From: a virus
IMG/VR virus record: IMGVR_UViG_3300037499_000265
Location: 32,001 to 96,000 of that record
Length of the DNA: 64,000 nucleotides
Direction: 5' to 3' (one strand)
Shown: positions 55,880 through 64,000 of the stretch, one piece after another
Layout of the letters: every line of letters starts with the position of its first letter
Position numbering within the stretch: the stretch's first letter is position 1
Notes under the pieces: model-generated
Told to the model about the DNA's origin: nothing
The model's database searches: none
What the model saw: only the letters and a program-made list of their open reading frames with translations
Translations under genes and position numbers: made by a program

Positions 55880-56181
55880 TCGGGAAGGGTGATCTCTACG
55901 TCGCTCTCATCGGCCTAGCCCTAGACGGCTTCATTGTCATGATCGTGACCGGAACTCCGCCGACCTTGCTCATCATGGTCGCTGCTCTGTTGGTGTGGAT
56001 CGTGATCGAAAAGGCAGTCTACAAGAGCTACCGTCGACTCAGACCCATCGTTACGCGAGCTGAACCATCGGAACTGAGCGTCTACGACACCAAGGCGCTG
56101 CACATCCTCTTCAAGATCTGTCCGCCGCGGAACAAACGTGCCTGGCGGTGGCAGATCGAACGAAAGGTCGAACCGAGATGA
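55876..56181 (+). CDS. Small two-TM membrane protein
   Basis: Two hydrophobic helices. Confidence 0.6.
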   Translation: MIGKGDLYVALIGLALDGFIVMIVTGTPPTLLIMVAALLVWIVIEKAVYKSYRRLRPIVTRAEPSELSVYDTKALHILFKICPPRNKRAWRWQIERKVEPR

Positions 56182-56444
56182 CACCACCTCAGCCTCCTGA
56201 ACCTCCCGGGCCGGCCCGACGGCCAAAGGACTTTATCCTTCCCACCAGGGCGACTCCACGCAGGAAACGGACCAGGCTTCGTCCCACCCAGAGAGGGGTG
56301 ACCGGGAACTGCCGGTCTATCGACCCGGCCGGGCGACAGTGTCAGCTACCAAGCGAACACAGGGGTGTTCACCGGGTTCGCTACCCCGGCTCTCGAGGCC
56401 CCTTCGTCTATACCTGGGGCGACGAGAGTGAGGAAGAGGCGTGA
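56178..56444 (+). CDS. Basic Pro-rich hypothetical protein
   Basis: ATGA/GTGA couplings; C.....C.L..EH..VH. Confidence 0.5.
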   Translation: MTPPQPPEPPGPARRPKDFILPTRATPRRKRTRLRPTQRGVTGNCRSIDPAGRQCQLPSEHRGVHRVRYPGSRGPFVYTWGDESEEEA

Positions 56445-57424
56445 TCGTCGACGCGTCGGCCGCCGAAAGTCACTTCCTCGCTCACCTGGCACCGATCTGG
56501 CGAGCACTCGAGAAAGACGAGCGAGGCACGCTGTACCTTCCCAACGATCACAAGGTGCAAAGACTCGCCGACGAGCTCGGCCTGGACTATACACCGGGCT
56601 TCGGGATCCCATCGGCGTCGACGGCGATCCGGCTGGTAGCGGCCTGGAGCGATCTGCGGAGAGTCCGGACACACGGGCGCCCGATCGTGTTCGCCGAGCA
56701 CGGAGCCGGATTCACCTTCGGCACGAGACACGAGTCGTACGCCGGCGGCCGAGGGCGAGAGACGGTGTCATTGTTCTTGTGCCCGAACGAGCAGGTCAAA
56801 GAGGTCAACAAGACTCACTACCCTGCCATCCCAGCCGAGGTGGTCGGATGCCCGAAGCTGGACGACCTCGAGGCCCGCTCGCCGGTTGGACGGACGGTAT
56901 GCGTGGCATTCCACTGGCCCGGTCGGGCTTGTCCTGAGACGAACTGGGCCTTCCCAGAGTATCGCAACGTGTTGCGTGACCTGGCTCGGAACGCTGACTG
57001 CGAGGTGATCGGACATGGCCATCCGAGAGTCTGGCCGCGACTGGAATCGCTGTACCGCCGACTTGGCATCGAGCCCGTGCAGTCCTTCGACGAGGCGCTG
57101 AATCGCTGTGACATCTATGTGAACGACAGCAGTTCGACAATCTACGAAGCCGCTGCCGCTGGACGAGGTGTGGTGGTGATGAACTCCCGGTTCTACCGTC
57201 GAGACGTCAGCCACGGCTTGAGGTTCTGGGACCACATCCCCGGCCCACAGGTCGACTCAGCGCCTAGACTGGCGCCAACTGTGAAGCTGATGCTCAATGG
57301 CTGGTGGAGAGGAGGCTGGGAGACCGCACGGCAGGACGCCGTGATCGCTGCCTACGGACCCTGGGGCATCGATGGCGGAGCCGCCAAACGTGCGGTTGAA
57401 GCTATCCGTAGACATCTTGGCTAA
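56441..57424 (+). CDS. GT-B fold transferase, CDP-glycerol glycerophosphotransferase (TagF)-like
   Basis: EHG, VGCPKLD, HPR and CDIYVNDSSSTIYEAAA.GR.VVVMN. Confidence 0.7.
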   Translation: MIVDASAAESHFLAHLAPIWRALEKDERGTLYLPNDHKVQRLADELGLDYTPGFGIPSASTAIRLVAAWSDLRRVRTHGRPIVFAEHGAGFTFGTRHESYAGGRGRETVSLFLCPNEQVKEVNKTHYPAIPAEVVGCPKLDDLEARSPVGRTVCVAFHWPGRACPETNWAFPEYRNVLRDLARNADCEVIGHGHPRVWPRLESLYRRLGIEPVQSFDEALNRCDIYVNDSSSTIYEAAAAGRGVVVMNSRFYRRDVSHGLRFWDHIPGPQVDSAPRLAPTVKLMLNGWWRGGWETARQDAVIAAYGPWGIDGGAAKRAVEAIRRHLG

Positions 57425-57437
57425 AGTCTGATACTGT
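57409..57437 (+). promoter_or_regulatory. Promoter 1 of the tRNA/RNA operon
   Basis: TAGACA-17 nt-TACTGT. Confidence 0.65.
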
Positions 57438-57508
57438 CGGCTCTGTCCACTTCGGCCAAATCCGACACGATCTCCAGAGCATGGGCGCCGAGGCGGACTC
57501 AAGTACTG

Positions 57509-57537
57509 TCGACATCTAGGACAGACCCTGGTACTGT
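57509..57537 (+). promoter_or_regulatory. Promoter 2 of the tRNA/RNA operon
   Basis: TCGACA-17 nt-TACTGT. Confidence 0.6.
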
Positions 57538-57692
57538 TGCAAGTGCTGACGGCAGAGAACGAGGGTGACGCCTTGAAGACTGCCCGATGGAAAAGCGAGG
57601 TCACGGTTGGGTGAGGACCCTTCCCTCGCCGCTCGGACGGAGTTGACGGTGAGTCGTCGTCACCTGAACTGTCCGGCGCAGGGTCCTATCGA

Positions 57693-57764
57693 TCTCCATT
57701 GGTGTAATCGGTAGCACGGTCGGCTCTGGTCCGGCCGGTCGAGGTTCGAATCCTTGGTGGAGAG
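57693..57764 (+). tRNA. tRNA-Gln (CTG)
   Basis: Cloverleaf: TCTCCAT/GTGGAGA, anticodon loop CTCTGGT, GGTTCGAATCC. Confidence 0.88.
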
Positions 57765-57806
57765 CGACACAAGTGTCCAGGCGCAACACCGCGCTTGGCT
57801 TCCCGA

Positions 57807-58053
57807 GATGGGAGATGGCGAGATGCCAGTGGAACGGATTTACCTCGATGAGACCGACGAGCGCAACGCTCGACACATCGATGTGCAGTGGGGACGCGAG
57901 AAGCCGAACATCAATATCGGCACCACACAGGATGACCCCAACGCGAGAGAAGACTTGGGCGTGTTCATCGACCTGGTTGATCGAGGTCAGGTCAACCACC
58001 TGATCCGAGTGCTTCGCAAGGCTCGCGACCAGGCGTTCGGCCGCGACGAGTAG
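57807..58053 (+). CDS. Hypothetical protein inside the tRNA cluster (ORF track 57754-58053; start uncertain)
   Basis: C-terminal N.LIRVLRKARDQAFGRDE motif. Confidence 0.55.
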
Positions 58054-58139
58054 TACCATCAAACGGCGCAGGCGCCCGAGCCTTGCCTCAGGGTGTCTGT
58101 GCAAAGCCAGGGGTAGGTGCCCGTCCATGCTCCTGGCGA

Positions 58140-58212
58140 CGGGACGTAGCTCAGCAGGAAGAGCACCCGGCCTGGGACCGGGAGGTCGCACGTTCGAGCC
58201 GTGCCGCCCCGA
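58140..58212 (+). tRNA. tRNA-Pro (TGG), atypical
   Basis: CCCGG-CCTGGGA-CCGGG anticodon arm; C at position 33; one acceptor-stem mismatch. Confidence 0.75.
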
Positions 58213-58213
58213 C

Positions 58214-58339
58214 GATGGAAGCAGTAGGGATGCCGGTACAAGCTCGCCCGATGACGAGGTGAGGCTAGCTTCAACAGGGTCAGCGGCGTGATGAGCGCCG
58301 ATCTTCAACGACAGATGAAATGTGCCTGCCGCTTCCATC
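58214..58339 (+). ncRNA. Candidate structured non-tRNA RNA
   Basis: Closing stem GATGGAAGC-A-GTAGG / CCTGC-C-GCTTCCATC enclosing several hairpins. Confidence 0.4.
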
Positions 58340-58417
58340 AAGCGGGTCCGGTTAGTACGTCATTGTGCAACCAAGGAACACCGGAGCGAGTGGTGGGAGC
58401 GCACCAGCCCGCGGCAC

Positions 58418-58491
58418 GGCGCGTTGGTCTAGTTGGGCAGGACGCCTGATTCTCAGTCAGGAGGACGTGAGTTCGAACCTCACACGCGCTA
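58418..58491 (+). tRNA. tRNA-Glu (CTC)
   Basis: CCTGA-TTCTCAG-TCAGG anticodon arm; full cloverleaf. Confidence 0.88.
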
Positions 58492-58492
58492 C

Positions 58493-58574
58493 GCGTCGGT
58501 TGAGCAACTGGTGGCTCGCGTGGCTGTAAACCACGTCCCTTCGGGGCTTGCAGGTTCGAGTCCTGCCTGGCGCA
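58493..58574 (+). tRNA. tRNA-Tyr (GTA)
   Basis: CGTGG-CTGTAAA-CCACG anticodon arm; long variable arm. Confidence 0.88.
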
Positions 58575-58575
58575 C

Positions 58576-58649
58576 GGGGCGTTGGTCTAGCCTGGTGAGG
58601 ATCCCTGACTTTCGATCAGGAGGCGCGAGTTCAAATCTCGCACGCCCTG
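58576..58649 (+). tRNA. tRNA-Glu (TTC)
   Basis: CCTGA-CTTTCGA-TCAGG anticodon arm. Confidence 0.88.
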
Positions 58650-58703
58650 CTACTATGAGGCCATGCTGATCCGCCGCTCGTCTAGCCGCTCATCCTGACG
58701 TCA

Positions 58704-58787
58704 GGAGGGGTGGCCGAGAGGCCTATGGCACCGCACTGCTAATGCGAGTACGCGAAAGCGTCGCGGGTTCGAATCCCGCCCCCTCCG
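58704..58787 (+). tRNA. tRNA-Ser (GCT)
   Basis: GGAGGGG/CCCCTCC acceptor; loop CTGCTAA; long variable arm. Confidence 0.9.
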
Positions 58788-58792
58788 CGCAA

Positions 58793-58875
58793 GGAGGGTG
58801 GCGCTGAATGGTCGGCAACCGGTTTCGAAAACCGGGCTGGGGTCACACCCAAGGGTTCGAGTCCTTCACCCTCCG
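58793..58875 (+). tRNA. tRNA-Ser (CGA)
   Basis: GGAGGGT/ACCCTCC acceptor; loop TTCGAAA; long variable arm. Confidence 0.9.
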
Positions 58876-58887
58876 CTCTGGAGGTAG

Positions 58888-59385
58888 TCATGATCGCACA
58901 CCTTCAGCGTGTAGCCACTCGATGAAGTATTTGTTGAACAGCACCTTCGGGTGCCGCTTCTGCCGGATCAGGTCGATCGCGGCGTCGGTAGTGAGACCCT
59001 GGTGGATGAGTGTCAGGGCCGTGATCAGACCAGATCGGTTCATACCGGCCTGGCAGTGGACCAGCGTCTTTCCCCGGGTAGTGCGCCAGTTGACTGCGGC
59101 GGCGATGGAGTGGAGCGTTTCCGCGGCCGGCACGTTGGCCGAGTCGTACATCTCGAACTCGAGCCTCTCCTGCCCGGCGCCCATGTCGTACTTCTCCCAC
59201 GGGTACAGCGACACGACGTACCGGAAGTCCTCCGGCAGCTGCAGACCGTTACGGCACCCGCCCATCCACAGGTTCTCCGTGATCTGCGAAATGAGCGGCA
59301 CGTTGATCAGCAGGGCAGGTTGTGTTCCGTTCGAGAACGACGAGTCGATGTAGAACTGACTCCACTCGTCGTATACGCCGGTCAA
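58888..59385 (-). CDS. Dual-specificity/tyrosine protein phosphatase family protein
   Basis: SQITENLWMGG, LVHCQAGMNRSG (CX5R) and AIDLIRQKR. Confidence 0.92.
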   Translation of the reverse strand: MTGVYDEWSQFYIDSSFSNGTQPALLINVPLISQITENLWMGGCRNGLQLPEDFRYVVSLYPWEKYDMGAGQERLEFEMYDSANVPAAETLHSIAAAVNWRTTRGKTLVHCQAGMNRSGLITALTLIHQGLTTDAAIDLIRQKRHPKVLFNKYFIEWLHAEGVRS

Positions 59386-60170
59386 TCTAACGCTCTTCGA
59401 ACGACACTCTTGCGACCGACCGCGAACACGGCCTCGCCCTGAGCGATCAGCAGCCTGTCCAGATCACGCAAGGTGATTTTCGCGTCGCCTCGATCGCCCC
59501 AGCCCACCCCCCAGGAGTTGCGAAGTACTACGTACGAGGCGTCCAGATCGACGTTGTCCCACTCCCTCGGCGCCCGCTCGTCCAGCGCGTCTAGCCAGGA
59601 CAACTGGACCGACCGAGCCAGGATGGCGTGTCCGCCGACGACCGAACCGGTTGGACGGACCCAGGCATTGACTGGGGTGTACATACCTCTATGCCAGTTG
59701 ATGCCGAGCACCGCCGGACCGTTGCGGCCCAGACCGTGCACCAGATCTTGTAGTCCGAACGCCCAGCGGTACTCGCGGAAATAGCCGAGCCGCTGAGCGA
59801 CCTTCATGCCGGCCAGTACCGAAGTGCCGTCGTAGCGAGGAGCCGCATCAGGATAGGAACCACCTGGCCACTCGTCTTCACGCTGGGCCTCCCAATAGAT
59901 CCGCTCGAAGGCGAACCTCTCAGCCTGCTTCCGGTTCTCGAAGGCCACCGAGGCCGGTCGGGCATGTAGCTCGTTGACGATCGCGTGGCCGACACAACTG
60001 CCTTCGGTACCTTGGTCGATCCGCCAGACGCCCGGAATCGACCAGGTGTATGAACGCAGCGTCAACGAAGCGAACATGGTGCGGATCGGGAAGTCTTTCG
60101 AGGCCTCGTCGAACGAGACCAGCCGGTTCAGCCGTGGATCGTTGACCTCGGTGCCGTCGCGAAGCCTCAT
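59382..60170 (-). CDS. Papain-like (C1A) cysteine protease
   Basis: DQG.EGSCVGHA, GGHAI and NSWG..WG..G. Confidence 0.88.
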   Translation of the reverse strand: MRLRDGTEVNDPRLNRLVSFDEASKDFPIRTMFASLTLRSYTWSIPGVWRIDQGTEGSCVGHAIVNELHARPASVAFENRKQAERFAFERIYWEAQREDEWPGGSYPDAAPRYDGTSVLAGMKVAQRLGYFREYRWAFGLQDLVHGLGRNGPAVLGINWHRGMYTPVNAWVRPTGSVVGGHAILARSVQLSWLDALDERAPREWDNVDLDASYVVLRNSWGVGWGDRGDAKITLRDLDRLLIAQGEAVFAVGRKSVVRRALD

Positions 60171-60925
60171 CAGAATCTAGCCATCTGGACCATGCGCACC
60201 GGAGGCGACCACGGACGCCAGTTCGCCAGCCGGTTGCCACAGGTCGAGCAGCCACCGGTCGGGGAGTAGGTGTGCTCCTCGCCGTCCTCGGTGGTGAACA
60301 TGTCAGTCCTGGACTCGGTGTCACGAGAACGCTCGGTCACCCGGCGCGGCGGCCCGGAAATCATGACCGGACCGCCGGACGAATTGACCCACCAGACCGC
60401 GGCCAGTGTGCCTTCCTCGCCGGGCACGCCGATGAGCATCAACCGGCACTTCTTGACCCCGTCGACAGTCACCGGGAAGGTGTTCACGTGCATTCGCACC
60501 CGGTCGTCGTCGCCGACCAGATCGTCGAGAGTGAGTGACTCGAGCCGACGAGGAGCCGGCGGAGATTTGACCTCGGTGACAGTGGCGGTGAACCTGCCTC
60601 CAGAGACCGTAGAACCGACACCGGAGTCGATCACAGAGCCGGGGTACTCCTCGACCAGGTTCTGCTTGTAAGACTCGGGAACCTCTGGCTCCTTAGTCGG
60701 TTGCATGGCCTCGTCATGAGCCCGCATGGCTTCGACCGACTCGTCGGGCTCAGGCACCTTCTCAAGCTCGGGTGGTGTGTAGGCCTGCCCGGTCTCCCAG
60801 GCCTCGAGCAGACCGACCAGCTGGGTCTTCTTGCGCGCGTCGATGTCCGAGGTATCGACCTCGTTGGCCTTGGCGAACGTACGCAGTTCGGACGGGCTCA
60901 TCGCCTGAAAATCGGTTCTACTCAC
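60170..60925 (-). CDS. Hypothetical protein with N-terminal Rho-N/HeH-like motif
   Basis: AAAGGAG RBS before GTG at 60925; MS..ELR.FAK...V......K..L. Confidence 0.6.
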   Translation of the reverse strand: MSRTDFQAMSPSELRTFAKANEVDTSDIDARKKTQLVGLLEAWETGQAYTPPELEKVPEPDESVEAMRAHDEAMQPTKEPEVPESYKQNLVEEYPGSVIDSGVGSTVSGGRFTATVTEVKSPPAPRRLESLTLDDLVGDDDRVRMHVNTFPVTVDGVKKCRLMLIGVPGEEGTLAAVWWVNSSGGPVMISGPPRRVTERSRDTESRTDMFTTEDGEEHTYSPTGGCSTCGNRLANWRPWSPPVRMVQMARF

Positions 60926-61116
60926 TGGGGCTCCTTTACAATCTCGACAGGCAGCCGGGTATATGCCGCCGCCCATTCTCTCGCGTCGTCGATGCACGCC
61001 TGGCGGTCGCACACCCAGACACTCGCGTGTGGCCCGTCATGCGGGTCTCCTGCTGTGACGCGTGTCGCGTGACGTGCGTGACGGCACTTCGGGTCGGGAA
61101 GCTCGTACCGACTCAC
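60922..61116 (-). CDS. Small Zn-binding hypothetical protein
   Basis: C.H......H.S.WVC...C. Confidence 0.55.
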   Translation of the reverse strand: MSRYELPDPKCRHARHATRVTAGDPHDGPHASVWVCDRQACIDDAREWAAAYTRLPVEIVKEPQ

Positions 61117-61397
61117 TGGGGTTCCTTCAGTTCGTACTTGCGACGGAAGTAGTCGTCTTCAACCGGCCAGTGATCAGAGTAGTCACCGATCGACCTGACG
61201 ATCCAGTGACCGACTGGGACCGGGACGAACTCCTGAGCGCCATCGGCACCGGCGAACAACTCGATCTCACTGACATCGTTGGAGTCGTCCCGCATCGTGC
61301 CTCGAAGAGTCGCACCGAAGGCGAGCACCTGTTCGAAGTTATCTCCACGCCACTGCACAGCTTCGATCTCGGACGGACGAGAGACGTAGGGGCTCAT
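61113..61397 (-). CDS. Conserved phage protein, Y..RP..IEAVQW family (copy 1)
   Basis: Motif plus GHWIVR...WPV.DDYF..KYE. Confidence 0.7.
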   Translation of the reverse strand: MSPYVSRPSEIEAVQWRGDNFEQVLAFGATLRGTMRDDSNDVSEIELFAGADGAQEFVPVPVGHWIVRSIGDYSDHWPVEDDYFRRKYELKEPQ

Positions 61398-61693
61398 CGA
61401 GATCTCTTCACAGGCTCATAGGTGTCGGTGAAGATGTCATTTGGGTAGGGATAGAATGAATCCCGGATACCGTGGATGATCCAGTCACCCGGCCTAGCTC
61501 GATAAGTGTTCCTAAACGTGTCGATATGGATCTCAGGTGATCCCTCGTCGTGATACCTAGCTGTGCCACCGGAAGCGAGGATCCAATCGATGATCTCACT
61601 GGCGTTGGTGACCAGGTTTTCATCCTCGTTCGCCGGTCGCCACTGCACGGCCTCGACCGCGATCGGTCGTCTCAGATACTTCTCCGGAGTCAT
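61394..61693 (-). CDS. Conserved phage protein, Y..RP..VEAVQW family (copy 2)
   Basis: KYLRRPIAVEAVQW...GDWII.G....FYPY..DIF..TYE. Confidence 0.75.
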   Translation of the reverse strand: MTPEKYLRRPIAVEAVQWRPANEDENLVTNASEIIDWILASGGTARYHDEGSPEIHIDTFRNTYRARPGDWIIHGIRDSFYPYPNDIFTDTYEPVKRSR

Positions 61694-62733
61694 CGACGTC
61701 CTCCCCAGGCGATTGGGTCCGCCTCGCGAATGACCTTCTCCGGTTCGGTGAAGAACCGCAGCTGGTCCTCGTTCGGGCGTAGTGGTTCGGGGTAGAAGTC
61801 GATGGCCGGCTCGTAGTGCTCCGGCCGCCAGATGTGAGGCATCGACGAGGTGTACAGCAGGTGCAACGGCACCGCGTACAGCGGAGACGCGTCCGGCGCG
61901 GCGTTGGACAGCTCGTGCACCCAGGCCTTCTCGTCGTTGATGACGGTGAACTCTCCCAGGCCCGCGGCGGCCAGCGTGTTCGGCTTGGGTTGTCGGACCG
62001 GGTCGAAGGTGAACATCGGCGCCTCGGGCTTGCGCAGGCGCAGGGTGTAGAAGCGGATGAACGATGCCGCCACCACCTGGACGATGGCGAACTGGCGGCG
62101 TGGATCGTTGATCTGCTCGGCGGTCCGCGGGGTGGGCAGTGGCTTGGTCGGGAAGGACAGGAACGAGGTGTCCAGCTCGGCCGGCAGCGTGCCCCGCTCC
62201 TTGGCTCTGCGCATGCGCTCGGAGGCCGCTCGATGGGTGACGTTCCCGCAGGTGGCGATGCGCACGTACGGCACCCCCCGGCGCAGCAGCAGCGCGATGG
62301 TGACGTCCAGCAGGACGGAGTTCGGCGACGATCCTCCTGACTTGTCCCGGAAGATGTGCGCCCACATCGCCTGTAGCGGAGCGCACATCGAGGCAGGCAC
62401 GTCGGCCAGGTCCTGGCGCATGTACAGGCCGTAGTCCGGCGGCGGTCGCATGTCGTACAGTTTCGGCGCGTCCGACGGCGACTTGGCCTGTGGATGGTTC
62501 GCGACGATCTGGTACAGCCACTGCCGGGACACCTTCAGTTCCTCGGCCAGCCGGGTCATCTCCCAGCCGTGCTCACGGAGCAGGGTGATACGAGCGGCGA
62601 GATCGGATGTACGGCCCTGACGGCGAAGCCTGCGCAGGTACGGAGACTCGGAGGTATAGGCCCGCTCGATCCCGGCCGAGTCGTCGAGGGCGACTGGGGC
62701 TGTCGCAGCGCTCGTATTGTCAGGTTCTGTCAT
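61690..62733 (-). CDS. HTH-containing putative transcriptional regulator (probably leaderless)
   Basis: LAEELKVSRQWLYQI HTH; ATG lies 7 nt after a TACAGT -10. Confidence 0.65.
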   Translation of the reverse strand: MTEPDNTSAATAPVALDDSAGIERAYTSESPYLRRLRRQGRTSDLAARITLLREHGWEMTRLAEELKVSRQWLYQIVANHPQAKSPSDAPKLYDMRPPPDYGLYMRQDLADVPASMCAPLQAMWAHIFRDKSGGSSPNSVLLDVTIALLLRRGVPYVRIATCGNVTHRAASERMRRAKERGTLPAELDTSFLSFPTKPLPTPRTAEQINDPRRQFAIVQVVAASFIRFYTLRLRKPEAPMFTFDPVRQPKPNTLAAAGLGEFTVINDEKAWVHELSNAAPDASPLYAVPLHLLYTSSMPHIWRPEHYEPAIDFYPEPLRPNEDQLRFFTEPEKVIREADPIAWGGRR

Positions 62734-62740
62734 GCGAACA

Positions 62741-62769
62741 ACTGTATCAGGAGGGAACGGATGTGTCAC
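62741..62769 (-). promoter_or_regulatory. Leftward promoter
   Basis: GTGACA-17 nt-TACAGT with TG extension on the minus strand. Confidence 0.55.
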
Positions 62770-64000
62770 GCTGACGACGTCGCTGCTCCTCAGCCTTCCG
62801 AGCCAGCTGGCGGGCTCGACGCTGAGCCTTGGACTCCTTGCGGAAGGCGAAACGCACCTGGGGCTTGAAGGCGTTGGTAGTCGCGTTGCTGCCTGTCATC
62901 GAGCGGTCCGCGGTCCTGATACTCGTCATCCGTCGCAGCGGCGCCCCGGCAGCCCGTCCCAGCCGGATCCGCCCGCCCATGCCGGACGGCGGGTTGATCA
63001 GGGCCGCGGACAGTCCGATCACGCCGGCGTCCAAGCGGTCCGGAGAGTAGTTCGACTCGTCCGGCACCCATGAGGTGAGCTGGGACTCGTACTCGCCGAA
63101 GTAGTCCAAATGGGATACTTTGCCTCGCTCGTACGCGAGGACCACTGGCTCTGCACGGACCTGCTTGGACTCGGCCGAGCGAGCCAGCACCACCGGCACT
63201 TCTGGATCCTCGGCCTTGATGATCATCCGTACCAGTTCACCGCCCTGGTTGTCCTCGGCGACGACGTAGGCCCGGTACTGCCGAGCCAGCGTGGCCACCC
63301 GCTTGGCCCAGACACCGGGCGAGCCGTGGACAGACTCGTCGGCGACGACGAAGGCCTTGCGCAGGTTCGGGTTGCGCTCGGCGGTGGCGCAGACCACCAC
63401 GATGCCGCATTCGTCGCGTGGCTTCTCGGCCACCGACGGGTCCACTCCGATGATGCGGGTCGGCATGGTGAGCGGCTGGAAGCTGTCGCGTTCGGGAACG
63501 CGACGGATCTGGGCCATCTTCAGCAGCGCGCCCTCGATGTCGCCGAGCAGCTCGCCCTCGAGTTCCTGCTTGGCGAGCGATGTGCCCTCGTACATCGCGA
63601 CGATGGTCTCGTGGTAGATCTGCGCCAGATGACGGTTCGCTGCGGTCGAGCCTCGAATGACGTTGTACTTGCTAGGGTCGAGGTGAGTGCCGTTGAGGAT
63701 CTCGATGACCATCGGTACTCGCCGCGGCGTGGTGGCCATGAAGATCTGAGGATGGTCGCCCAGACGAGTGGCCAGTTTCAAGTTGTCCCAGGCGTTCGCG
63801 ATACTGCCCGCCGGTGGGCGGTGCGGCCAGGCAGCTCCCTCGTCCGCGATCGCCCAGTCGAATTGTGGGCCTCTGAGCATATCGGGTACGGAAGCTGTGA
63901 ATGTGTGGGCAACTGTCCCATTCGGCCAGGTCACCTCACGGTTGTTCGGAACGTACTTCGGGCGCTCGTTCGGGTGACATGTGTTTAATATGCCCGAATC
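62747..64000 (-). CDS. terL: Terminase large subunit, 5' end beyond the window
   Basis: LRGPQFDWAIADE (Walker B), ATTP, IIGVDP, DECGIV, EDNQGG and SPDRLDA; frame open to the window edge. Confidence 0.95.
   Translation of the reverse strand, partial: DSGILNTCHPNERPKYVPNNREVTWPNGTVAHTFTASVPDMLRGPQFDWAIADEGAAWPHRPPAGSIANAWDNLKLATRLGDHPQIFMATTPRRVPMVIEILNGTHLDPSKYNVIRGSTAANRHLAQIYHETIVAMYEGTSLAKQELEGELLGDIEGALLKMAQIRRVPERDSFQPLTMPTRIIGVDPSVAEKPRDECGIVVVCATAERNPNLRKAFVVADESVHGSPGVWAKRVATLARQYRAYVVAEDNQGGELVRMIIKAEDPEVPVVLARSAESKQVRAEPVVLAYERGKVSHLDYFGEYESQLTSWVPDESNYSPDRLDAGVIGLSAALINPPSGMGGRIRLGRAAGAPLRRMTSIRTADRSMTGSNATTNAFKPQVRFAFRKESKAQRRARQLARKAEEQRRRQRDTSVPS

Noticed and set aside
58286-58322. 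Hammerhead ribozyme (TGATGAG...GAAA)
   Set aside because: The core reads GTGATGA rather than CTGATGA, and stems I/III with a cleavage triplet could not be built
61694-62521. 375-aa ORF 61394-62521 as a single gene
   Set aside because: The upstream part overlaps the HTH gene in another frame and reads as nonsense; only the last 100 codons (from ATG 61693) look real

Overview
The window is a 64-kb piece of a GC-rich, long-tailed (siphovirus-like) actinobacterial phage genome; no integrase, RNA polymerase or cas genes are visible. Bases 1-17.2 kb are a rightward early/replication region with a RusA-like resolvase, HIT hydrolase, SF2 helicase, PD-(D/E)XK exonuclease, SSB-like protein, lone DUF397, WhiB, a stand-alone helicase C-terminal domain and many small ORFs. 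A perfect bidirectional terminator sits at 17.23 kb. From 51 kb down to 17.3 kb runs a leftward virion and lysis region: MuF, portal, a 2H-phosphoesterase fusion, protease, capsid, tail, tape measure, enzyme-bearing minor tail proteins, endolysin and holin. Between the portal region and the terminase lie a rightward glycosyl/methyltransferase cluster (51.2-57.4 kb), an RNA operon with 7 tRNAs (57.5-58.9 kb) and a few leftward accessory genes. The terminase large subunit runs off the right edge. The most striking unexplained element is a 650-bp non-coding unit at 13.31-13.96 kb with its own promoter and terminator. It holds four repeated stem modules that show compensatory base changes and variable inner loops, separated by conserved ACAACT linkers, directly upstream of a 626-aa protein with a TerD-like C-terminus. 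Family assignments come from motif recognition by eye, not from database searches.
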